Origin: Octopus vulgaris
Lineage: Eukaryota
DNA length: 64,000 nucleotides
Reading direction: 5' to 3'
NCBI GenBank assembly: GCA_951406725.2
Contig: OX597820.1
Span: 29,574,001 to 29,638,000 of the forward strand
Below the pieces are notes generated by a model. The model did not search any database. It worked only from the letters and a program-made list of their open reading frames with translations, and was not told the origin of the DNA. This document shows positions 38,901 through 50,900 of this stretch, one piece after another. How positions within the stretch are numbered: the stretch's first letter is position 1; each line of letters begins with the position of its first letter. Both the position numbers and the translations under genes were made by a program.

Positions 38901-41900
38901 AAGGGGTTGGGGGACCCTGCCAAAGGCTTTCTCCATGTCAACGGAAGCCAAGTACAGAGGTTTATCTTTGATTAGCTATTCCTCCTGCAGTTGCCTTCCC
39001 AGAAATATAGCATCAGTAGTGCTTTTCCCTGGCAAAAACACAAACTGCATCTCATCTAAACTAATTCTCACCCTAATTAATTGGTCTGTGACCCTCTTTA
39101 TGACTTTCATTCCCTGATTCAACAACTTGATACTTCTGTAATTATTCGTATCTACTGTATCACCTTTACCTTACACCCACACACACACTATGCCACCACA
39201 TTTCCCTCACAATAACACTCTTTATTTTATCAGATACAATCTTCTCATTTTATCAAATAATAACCCAATGCACTAAGGGCCCATTATAGATTTTTATTGA
39301 AATCCAATTATCCTATGAATTGAACTGGATGTTAGTTTAACATGTATGCAAAATTTTGTCATGATTGGTTCATTGGTGTAGGCAGCAAGATGGTAACGGA
39401 CAGAAATTGCCATTTATGTATAAGATATCCTGTATATGACTTCAAACTGCATCCAGTAGTGAGGTCTGAGTCGGGGAGTTCTAGGATTTTGAGAAGTGTG
39501 GAGCCACCTCTTAGCTACTGTTGTTGCCAGGTCTGCTCTGATTCAAAGTAGTAGCATCTGTTAGGGTCCCAGCTATGGTTTAATTAGCATATTAGGGCTT
39601 GCCTGCTTACACATGTGAAGATTATGTTTCTTTATTACCCACAAGGGGCTAAACATAGAGGGGACAAACAAGGACAGACAAACAGATTAAGTCGATTACA
39701 TCGACCCCAGTGCGTAGCTGGTACTTAATTTATCGACCCCGAAAGGATGAAAGGCAAAGTCGACCTTGGCGGAATTTGAACTCAGATCGTAATAAAAGAC
39801 GAAATATGGCTATGCATTTCGCCCAGCATGCTAATGATCCAACAGACTCTGCAGAAGACACATTTACAGTTCAATGGAGAGGAAGGTGGCTACAGCATTG
39901 CGATATGGAGTGCAGAGAGTAAAATGAGGGCAGTAAGACATCTTGGTCATCCATCCACTGCATCTGTCTCCATCTCCTGTTGTCTTGACTTAGTCTTGCC
40001 ACTGAATTGAAGATAATCATGGATGAGAGTGAGGTTAACTGTTGGTGCACAACTCTTCTGCACTTTCACCCTTCAGCATCTAAACTTGCCAGATCCTGCT
40101 TCTCACACCTATTCTACAATGTCATTCTAAAAATAAACAATTACAACTTAAAAATCTCAAAGCTACAAGATACTACATGATTAATTTTAAAAATGTGAAT
40201 AAATAGGTGCAGGTGTGGCTGTGTGGTAAGAAGCTTGCTTCCCAACCACATGGTTCCAGGTTCAGTCCCACGGCATGGCACCTTGGGCAAGTGTCTTCTA
40301 CTATAGCCTCAAGTTGACCCAAGTCTTGTGAGTGGATTTGGTAGACGGAAACTGAAAGAAGCTTGTATATATATTATGTGTGTGTTTGTTCCCCTACCAT
40401 TGCTTAATAACCACTGTTGGTGTCTTTAAGTCCCCATAACTTAGTGGTTCGGCAAAAGACTGATAGAATAAGTACTAGGTTTATAAAGAATAATTCCTGG
40501 GGTTGATTTGTTCGACTAGAAGGCAGCGCTCCAGCATGGCCACTGTTAAATGACTGAAACAAAAGAATAAATAATACATTTGACAAAGTGATTTAAATGC
40601 TAAGGAGTTAAGCAAAGTCACTGTTTTTCAGCTGTGGGAGCAGTATTCCATTGTGGGCCTCATTTGAGCTTTTGTAAAGCATCAGTAGGCTGTTAAGAGC
40701 TGAATATATTCTCGTCCTAAAGAGAAAGTCTTTTCTTTGTGAAGTAGTTTTAGCTATGCTAAGAATGTGCTTTTCTCCAGCAGAGATCCTCAGTGGTAGT
40801 GAGGGTCAACATTTAGCGGTTTCTAACTGAGTACTGCTCATGTATGGAGTGGGTGTGGTGCAATGTGTATGGAGTGAGTGTGGTGCAGGGTTGTCTCAGC
40901 AGTGTTATAACTAGGAAAATCAATACACTGGACCAGATAGTATTTATTTGACAATAAACCACAGCATACATAGATCAGAATTAGGGGTCCTTAGACCTGT
41001 GAGGTCCCTGGACAATTACTCAGTATGCTTGTGCCCTAAGGCAGCCCTGTTGGCATGTCCCCAACTGAGGCTGCTCTCAAGATCTCTGTTTATGGAGTCG
41101 ATGAAAGCATGGTGTGTGGATGGTTAAGGAGGAATGAAGAATGTGTCATATGCATAAGAATGGGTGTTGGTGGAAGTGGAAGCAAGTAGGTCATTGATGT
41201 GTTGAGATCTATAATAGTTAGAATGAGGAATTAGTTAGCGTAAATATTAAGTCGTAATACAGTTTCATAATTAAAGAAATACATTTCATTAATAAGTTAA
41301 AGAACGTGAAGAAAGAGAAAATAATTACTACATTATTTTATTATGTACATATAGCATTTTTAATATTTATAATACAATTTGAAGTAAAGTAATTTTGTTG
41401 TAGAGAATTACGACTTAATATTTTAGCTAATTCCGCATTCTAACTATTATAGATCTCAACAATTCAAACAAGTCTTGTTGGATTTTTCATAGACATGGCA
41501 TAAAAAAAATAATCAATATCTCAAAGGAGTGAGTGTCGTGGAGTTTGGCTACATCCCACAAACACTAAAGTTTTTCCCAAAATCCAGGGTTTTTATAACT
41601 GCCCAACTTGACTTTAAAGAATTGAAATCACATAAAAATATTCTTTAACTAATTTTTAGAATTCCTATATGAGCTGTTATTTCAACCAATGGGAAAACGA
41701 CAATCATATTTCTTCAGCAGTACGACATTATGTCATATTGCCAGCTACCACAAATTGGTGCTACTATTTGAAAATGGCTACATGCTACAAGAGTAAGAGA
41801 CAAAACCAAAAACACACAGGAATCACCAGAACTGATTGAGAGTGGAGGGGAAAAAAGGTTCTGACAGTGCATGTTTGCAATGATAAAAGCTGATAGGAAG

Positions 41901-44900
41901 TTTCTGATCTGAGAGATGGAGTCCATAAGGGAGAAGTCTTAAAGAGGAATTTGCATACTAGACACAGTCAAAGGCTTAGCTGATGTCTAGAGCAAAACTA
42001 TTGCTGAACTTCTCTATGACGAGTGAGCTCCCATTGAAACTGGTTGCGTGATTAAGAAGCTCAGTTCCCACCTACTTAATTTTGAGTTCAGTTCCACTGC
42101 ATGGCACTTTGGTCAAGTGTGTGTCTCCTACTCTAGCCCTGGCCCTGTGTGTAGCTTCTGTAGCTGGAAACTGAAAGAAGCCCATCTTTGTATGTGTGTA
42201 AATTTGTATTTGTTGGTTATAAACAAAAGGGCCTTGCCAGTGGTGTTTGCTTGCAGTCCACCATAAAAGCAATATCCAGCTTTCTTGATATGTGGTGACA
42301 TGTTGCACAGTCTTTATATATAACACCATTCATATGATGTCTTTTGTTTCCTCTTCTTCCTTGTGGCCATATCTGAGCTGTTTGTTGCTGAGTGCAAGTT
42401 GGCATCAGCAAGAGCATCCAGCCATAGAAAACTCTGCTCCCATGTATTCTCATCTGACCTATGAAAGTATTGAAAAATAGACATTAAAACAATGATCATG
42501 CTTCTTCACCACCACTATCACCACTACCACCACCATCATCATTATCATTATTTTCACCTCTCTACTTTGATTTGTTTTTACAGTTTACTTCTCTGGTCAA
42601 AAGAGTGTTCAGTTCTTTATCCACCTCAAAAAAAGTGAAAGCACTTAAGGACCATTTTCATCCGAAAACAGTTTATAGAGTTCTTCAAGAGGTAAGATTT
42701 TTTTTAAACATGTTTTTTTTTTTTTATTATTGTATTTCTCTATTTCTTGATGTCAGCTGAGTAAACTGAAGCAAAATGAAATGAAGTGCCTTGCTCAACA
42801 ACATTCTGCTTGATCCCAAAATTAATTCCATGTTTTTATGATTGTGAGGCCAATACCCTAGGTTCATGTACTTAGGTTGAAATTGGAAATATTTCACAGC
42901 CACCGGCTGGTTTCCATCCATCAATCCAGTGAAGGTAGAGTTCTCAGGCACCTCCTCCTTTGGGTCCTATCAGAAGCAGCCTTCATTAGGCCTTCTAGCT
43001 GGATTCCCAAGTAGACCAACTGAGTCCTTGGATGTTATTTCATTCTGGGTCTATCTTTCAATCTCTTAATGGTAGGCTCAGCTTGAAGAATTTGTCTTGC
43101 AATTGTTTCTTACTGGTTTGAATATTGAAAATCTTTATAGAATTTCCTTTCCATAATTACTCTTCCATTTGCAGAATTATGGCAGCGATTCTGATTCTGG
43201 ACTTTCTGAATCATCTGAAATTGCTTGGATAGAAGAAGATCTCGGAGATAATTGCATAGCAGTACGGTGAGTACCATTTTTGTTAGTTCTGCATGCACTG
43301 GACAAAAGAAATGTTGGTTTTTTAATTTTTTACTAGAACTTCGAGCGAGGTCGTCGCCAGTGCCACTGGACTGGCTCCTGTGCAGGTGGCACGTAAAAAT
43401 CCCCATTTGGGCGTGGCCGTTGCCAGTACCACCAAACTGGCCCTCGTGCCAGTGGCACGTAAAAGCACCCACTACCCTCTCAGAGTGGTTGGCGTTAGGA
43501 AGGGCATCCAGCTGTAGAAACTCTTCTAGATCAGATTGGAGTTTGGTTTGCCAGACCTCAGTCAAATCGTCCAACCCATGCTAGCATGGAAAGCGGATGT
43601 TAAATGATGATGATGATAATGATTTTAATGCATTGTTTTAACATCAACTTTGGTACAGAAAATTGCCACAATTCCCAGTACCTTGTCATTTCCTCAGTGA
43701 GGCCCAGCATCCAAAGATCCTTTCTCACCACTTTCACATCATCCCACATCTTCCTGGGTCTACCCCTTCCACAGGTACCCTCCACAGTTAGAACTCTGCA
43801 TTTCTTTATACACCTGTCCTCCATATATATATATATATATATATATATCATCATCATCGTTTACCGGCACTGTCAAGGATATATATATATATTTGTCGAT
43901 ATATATATAGATATATAGATAGATAGATATATATAATTATAAATTAGGGTATCTATGAGATACCACCATGCTGAAAATAGCAGCCATGATCTGACTCTTA
44001 AACCACCTCTAAAAATAGGGTATCTCGTAGATACCCTAATTTATAATTTTAACAATTATTACCTTTGAAGGTTATGTTTTCCATGCTGACCACTTGATAA
44101 AATCGTTATTTTATTTTTAAATTAACGATCTTGTCCTTAGTTATATATATATGAGAGAGAGAGAGATAGATGTGTTTGTGTGAGTGTATACACACATGCA
44201 CACATACATGCACGATGTTCCACCATTCTTAAGCTCATGGATATACCTACTGCTTGTACCTATTTGTAGCAAAGTGAACCAAACACATCAACTGCAGCTG
44301 TGTTCTAACCAGCCATCAAGCAGTGGATTGGCAGGACCATTAGAGCATCAGATAAAATCATCATCATCGTTTAACATCCGTTTTCCATGCTAGCATGGGT
44401 TGGACGGTTCAGCTGGGGTCTGGGAAGCCAGGAGGTTGCACCAGGCTCCAGTCTGATCTGGCAGTGTTTCTAAAGCTGGATGCCCTTCCTAACGCCAACC
44501 ACTCCGTGAGTGTAGTGGGTGCTTTTTATGTGCCAGGTGAGGCTGGCAACGGCCACAATTGGTTGGTGCTTTTTACGTGCCACCGGCATGGAGGCCAGTC
44601 GAGGCGGCACTGGCAACGGCCACGTTTGGATGGTGCTTTTTATGTGCCACCGACACAGGTATCACAACTACAATTTCCATTTGACTTTTTGATGTTGATG
44701 TACTTGACTCAATAGGTCTCCTCAAGCACAGCAGGTTGCCCTACGATCCAAGGTAAGCACAGCAGGCCGTCCTGCGATCCAAGGCAATTTGGATGGGCTG
44801 GGTCAGCAATATTTGGTTATGACCATTATATCCTGAGTTCAAACCCCGTTTCCTATTTAATAAAATAACAAATTAATCAAATATTGAGGCTAATTTAACC

Positions 44901-47900
44901 CTTCAGTATTCAGGTTATTCTGTCAAATGTAATGCTTATTAATTCACATTGCTTTGAATTTAATTATGCATTATCTGGTAGCTTCAAGATTTTGATGATC
45001 TGATTGTTTATTTTTAGAATGGCATTGAAGGATAGCAGGGGTGGACTAAGAGAATTAAGGGCCCTGAGTCATAACTGTTTATCAGGCCCTTTAGCATTGA
45101 TTTAGTAGAGTTAACGTGTAGAGTGCTGGCCTCTCTGAGCTCTGGACCCTCAGGCTGTGCCTGATTGACCAATGGCTCAGTTGGCCCCTGTAGGATAGAT
45201 ATGAGAGGCAGATCTGGCCAATTTGAACATAAAACATACAGAATATTTGGACTGGGTATGGCCTGTTTAACTGCTAACTGGTTAAGCCATTCCTACAAAA
45301 CTAATTAAGATAAAAATAGAATTATAACAGAAGACAAAAACCAAGTCTTTGATTGTCAGATAGGCCACCCTTCCACCCTCGGGCAATATTGTTATTTTAT
45401 CTTTTTTTTTTTTTTGCTTACTTTAATTTCATTTTTGCATGGTTTATTTTAGAACACAGATGAAAAATCGCATAAATTTACATTTTAATGAAAGTGTGTC
45501 AACATCAATTAACCTTGCTGAGCCTTTGAGTACATCGACTCCACATAATCCCTTCGAAGAAAGCGTTAATTCCTTACAAAAGATTAACGAAATGCAATCT
45601 GAGATTGAAAAATTAAAGGAACAAATTGCTTTGATGTGCAAAAGTAAGGGTTTTTTTGTTTTTTAGAAATCATATTGTCTTGGTTTGTTTGATTATCGAA
45701 ATTCACTTTTTTCATGATCATGAAGTTGATTTGTGTGTGTGTGATTGGATTTGGTAAATGGAAACTGAAAGAAGCCCGTTGTGTATGTGTGTATATGTAT
45801 GTATGCATGTGTGTGTTTTTATGTATGTGTTTGTCCCCCCCCTCCCCGCCAACATCGCTTGGCAATAGATGCTGGTGTGTTTACTTCCCTGTAACTTAGT
45901 GGCTCGACACAAAAGACCAGTAGAATAAGTACTAGGCTTACAAAGAATAAGTCCTGGGGTCGATTTGCTCGACCAAAGGTGATGCTCCGGCATGGCCACA
46001 GTCAAATGACAAACAAATAAAAGAATAAAAATATTCCCTTTTTTTGGGGTCATCCTGTATATTTATGCTAGTTTTCCATTTACTTTCCATCTACCAAATT
46101 CACTCATAAATCATAAAGTAGTTGTCATCTGAGAGATGACAACTGAAGTGCCATGCATTGAGACTGAACCTAAAACCATGTGGTTGCACAGAGAGACTCT
46201 TAACCACACAGCTATACCAGTATAGATATTTTAGCTAACCTTGTATGTTATGATGATACTTCTGTACAGATGAAATACCTATGGGCAGAAAAAGAAGGAA
46301 CAGCTGTGCATAGCGTGTTTCTGTCATATGGAATTTCCTCAGCAATTGTGCACCTTCCTTAATACACTGCTTCTTCATACACTAATTAATGTTAGAAGCT
46401 AATTATACTGATTTCATCACTGAGGTAACAGCTATCAACTTCCTCTATGATGTCTTTCCTAGCATTGGAAAGAGTTGATTTCACTGGTGCTTTGACTGCA
46501 ATCCACCCTTTTGCATCTGTCAACAGAGTTTAACATCCTTGTTCCATGACAGAATAGGTTGGATGGTTTAACAGGATCCAAGAATTGCATTGTGAACCAG
46601 TAGCTTCTTTGGCATGGTTTTACGGCTGCATGCATTTCTTAATGCAAATGACTTTTTTAAAGCTTGTGCTGGGTGCTTTTTCCATACTGCCAGCACTACT
46701 AAGGTCACCATGCAGCTTGCAGAACATCAAATGCTAGGCGATAAGGGGGGTTAAAGTATCAATGAAGAAACCAGAAGAGACGAATTGCTTTTACTGTAGA
46801 GGATATACATAACTACTTACATTTCAGAAGAGGTGGTGAGAGTGATTGGAGCAAGGAAGAGATAAAAGTAATGGTATTGCAGCATATATGTATATACTAG
46901 CAGTATAGCCTGGCGTTGCTAGGGTTTGTTTTTTAGTTGTGCTTAAAACGGCAGACTTTGATGTTGCGTTAACAAAGTTTTGACATAGTTTCGATCATTT
47001 TTGAAAAGTAAAAATTTTGCATTATGTAGCTTGTTATTCTCTTTCAGTGAACATTTTTCTGGTTGAAATACACCAAAAATGGCGACCCAGCAGTCAAAAA
47101 ATTGTAAAAAAAAATATGGATTTTCATAGAAAAAAAGCACCTTTTTGATGTAAATAATTTTTGGTCTTAACATGGTCTGATTTGAATTTTTTCTTCTACG
47201 GAATGAAGAGCAAGCTTTCTTCTATCATACTCTCAATTTTGGTCAACTTGCTCCACATCTTACAAACTCTGTTGCTTCTGCTGTATATATGTGTCTGTGT
47301 GTGTGTGTGTGTGTATAGGTTTGGTGATGCAAATAGAAAAAATAGAACTCAAAACATAAGTATGTATTCCTTTTATTGGTATGTAAAAAGCACCATTTGA
47401 GGGTGGCTGATACCAGTGCTGTCTGACTGGCACGTACAAAGCACCATTCAGCTGTGACTGATGCCAGTGCTGCTTGATTGACTGCCATGCTGGTGGCACG
47501 TAAAAGCACCCACTACACTCTCTGAGTGGTTGGTGTTAGGAAAGGCATCCAGCAGTAGAAACCTTGCCAAATCAGATTGGAGCCTGGTGCAGCCTCTCAG
47601 CTTGCCATTTCTCTGTCAAACCGTCCAACCCATGCCAGCATAGAAAGCAGACGTTGATGATGATGTTTAACAGAAGCAGGGTGGTGAGGGCCAGATGTTT
47701 AGCTTCATTTTGTCTGTATTTGCATTCTGAGTTCAAATTCCGCCTAGGTCGACTTTGTCTTTTATTCCTTTGGGGTTGATTAATTAAGTTCTAGTCAAAT
47801 ATTGAGGTTGATGTGATCGATTTACCTCCTCCTGGTTTGCTCTTGTGCCAAAATTTGAAATCAATATTTAGCAGAAGCAACAGAGTGACTCAAGGACTGA

Positions 47901-50900
47901 GAGTTTTGTGAACTAGTACTTATCAAACTCTGTTGCTTCTGCTAAATATTAAAAAAAAAATGTGTGCTGTTATGTTTATTTTTTACCTCCCTTTGTAGCC
48001 GCAGCTTTCAAATCAGAAGGGACATCATCAAATCATTCTACAGAGTCACCAACATCAAAAACACATTTACGAAGAACTTCAGTTCCACCGCCGCCACCAC
48101 CACCAATACCACCAGTGCTACGAGCAGCACCGCCTCCACCACCACCACCGCCGCCACCACCACCACCACCACCTTCTGCTCTAAAGACAAGTGATTCTAA
48201 ACCAAAGAAAGAATATATGTCTCTTGGAGAGATGCTTAAACAGGTATCCTTATTTTTCATCTGATATTTGTTTTTTGTTCCATGTCTGGCATGGGTTAGA
48301 ATGTAACTTTCTAAGGAAGGAGGCTCTTCCTGTCACCAACCCTTGTTTTTCAGGTAATGAATTTTATTTTATTCCAACACTCGTCATATTTCTGGTGCTC
48401 GTCAGATCATTTGTTTCTTGGATAAAGCAAGCAATGTCACCCCCTGATATATATATATTTCTTTACTACCCACAAGGGGCTAAACACGGAGGGGACAAAC
48501 AAGGACAGACAAACGGATTAAGTCGATTACATCGACCCCCAGTGCGTAACTGGTACTTAATTTATCGACCCCGAAAGGATGAAAGGCAAAGTCGACCTCG
48601 GCGGAATTTGAACCCAGAACGTATTGCCAGATGAAAAGCGGCTACGCATTTCGCCCGGCGTGCTAACGTTTCTGCCAGCTCGCCGCCTTACCACCTGATA
48701 TATATGACGGTGCGAGGCTTAGTGGTTAGTATGTCATGATCACAATCACAAGGGAGTGAGTTCGATCCTTGGACTGGGCTTTGTGTTGTGTTCTTGAGCA
48801 AGACTTTTTATTTCACATTAAATGTGTCATGGCAAAAAATCTACTCTGTTAGCATATAAATGGGAGAAAGTATAGCTTGTTGTGTATGTGTGTGTGTGGG
48901 GGAGTGTTGCTTAAGAATCAGGGAGTTTCTGATTTCGAATTTCCTTCCCCAGCATCTTCAGTAAACTTTTTTTTTTTAATACCATAAATCTGTTTGATCA
49001 AAACTTAAAACCTTGTAACTGAAATTTCGTAGTAAGAAAGTATGTTTAAATAAGCAAGGACTAGCAAAATCAGTGCGTTGAACTAAGTTGCCTTACGGCA
49101 TTTAGTCTCGCCTCGGTTACGTCCCTTCCACTCTTGGCTTAAGCTTGCGTTTATCACTTAAAAAGTTGGTTAAAATAAGTTTCCAAACATTAGTAGATTA
49201 GGGTCGCTGTGACCAACTAAAAGCGTCCGAAGTAAATATTTCAGCTTGGTTGCATTCTAGTAAAGGAAATCGCTTAAAATGTTTTAATATATTCTGTAAA
49301 TGACCAAAGACTTGTGAGTGTATGTGGTAGACAGAAACTACAAGAATTTCGTCCACGCACATCATCATCATCGTTTAACGTCCGTTTTCCATGCTAGCAT
49401 GGGTTGGACGGTTCGACCGGAGTCTGGGAAGCCAGGAAGCTGCACCAAGCTCCAGTCTGATCTGGCAGTGTTTCTACAGCTGGATGCCCTTCCTAACGCC
49501 AACCACTCCGTGAGTGTAGTGGGTGCTTTTTACGTGCCACCGGCACAGTGGCCAGATCAGGCTGGCAACGGCCACGTTCGGATGGTGCTTTTTACGTGCC
49601 ACTGGCACTGGTATCACAACTACAATTTCCATTGATTTTTTTTTATCGAGTGTGTATCTGTTGTTGTGTTTACGTCTCTATAACATAGCGGTTCGGCAAA
49701 AGAACTGGTATCGATTCATTCAATTAAAAACTTTACTAATGACAGAAACAAATAAAAGATGAATGGTTTCGTTCGTAAGATTGTGGCCATGTTCGAGCAC
49801 TCACTCGAAGTTTAAAAAAATTTTTTTTTTTTTTAATCAGAATGAATTATCTTGCTACTTCAGTATATTTTCTAGGTTAAAAATTTAAATTCTTATCTAG
49901 CATACTTAGGATGTGAATGATATGTTTTATCTTCCTCCTTATCACTTGCCTTGCTCTCGAATATATAAGTACACTTGTTTACACTTCACAACTACAGTAC
50001 TTGACTACACGAGTAGGAAGGAAACTGTGGATAATGTAGTCATAAATATAGTATTTCTTTTAATAATAATAATAATAATTGTGTACAGTGCTCAGGTGCA
50101 CTACAACTCATCTAAAGTGTATATATAATCAGGTGAAGTTTCGGCGGATTTCGGAAAGCATGAGGGCCTTAAAAGATGCAGTGTCATGGCAGTCAACAAC
50201 TGACGCAGGCAGTTTATTCCATGCTTCAGCAACTCTGAGCGTGAAAAAATGTTTCCGAAAGTCATGGGAGCTGTATTGTTTTCTGACTTTGTAGGCATGT
50301 CCACGTGTGTTAGACACATGGAGATCAAAAAGGTGTTCAGTGTTGTTGTTGGTGAGGTGATTGATAACTTTGTGGGTGTTTACCAAGTCCGTCGCCAAAC
50401 GCCGGAGCTTCAGTGAATCCATGCCCAGGGAAACAAGGCGCTCAGAATATGGTAGGTGTCTGATGGAGGGTATGCGTTTGGTTGCACGTCTCTGGACAGA
50501 TTCCAGGAGGTCAATGTTCTGTGCAAGATAGGGGTTCCAAACTGATGATGCGAATTCCAAGTGTGGTCGTACCATAGCTGTATACAGTTTTAAATAGATG
50601 GCTGGAGAGCGGCTAACAAAAGACCTGCTGAGTGATGCCAAGACACCCTCGGCCTTCCTGACAATCTTAGAGATATGCTTTGACCAACGCAAATCACTGC
50701 TGACAGTGATGCCTAGGTCACGCTCGCAAGAGGATTTCTTGATATCAGTGTTGTGGAGGGAGTATGTGAACGCAGGGTTTTTTCTCCCAAAATGCATGGT
50801 GGTACACTTGTCCACAGCCAGTTTCAGTTGCCAGTCTGTGATCCATTGCTGCATTGTGTCTAGGTCTGATTGCAGGAAAGAGTTGTAGACATCAGGATCT

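Noticed and set aside
45460-45462. Alternative acceptor cag|ATG to join MTFR exon 2 directly to exon 4
   Set aside because: Not needed once the phase 0-2 exon at 43175-43266 is included. It could still serve an in-frame skipping isoform.
48033-48260. Poly-Gly ORF on the minus strand and poly-Thr ORF on the plus strand
   Set aside because: Shadow frames of the polyproline exon.
197-49762. Numerous 60-150-aa ORFs containing FLQLDALPNANH, WYLIYRPRKDERQ or (Y/I/H/T)n runs
   Set aside because: They are translations of SINE/RTE-UTR repeats and microsatellites.
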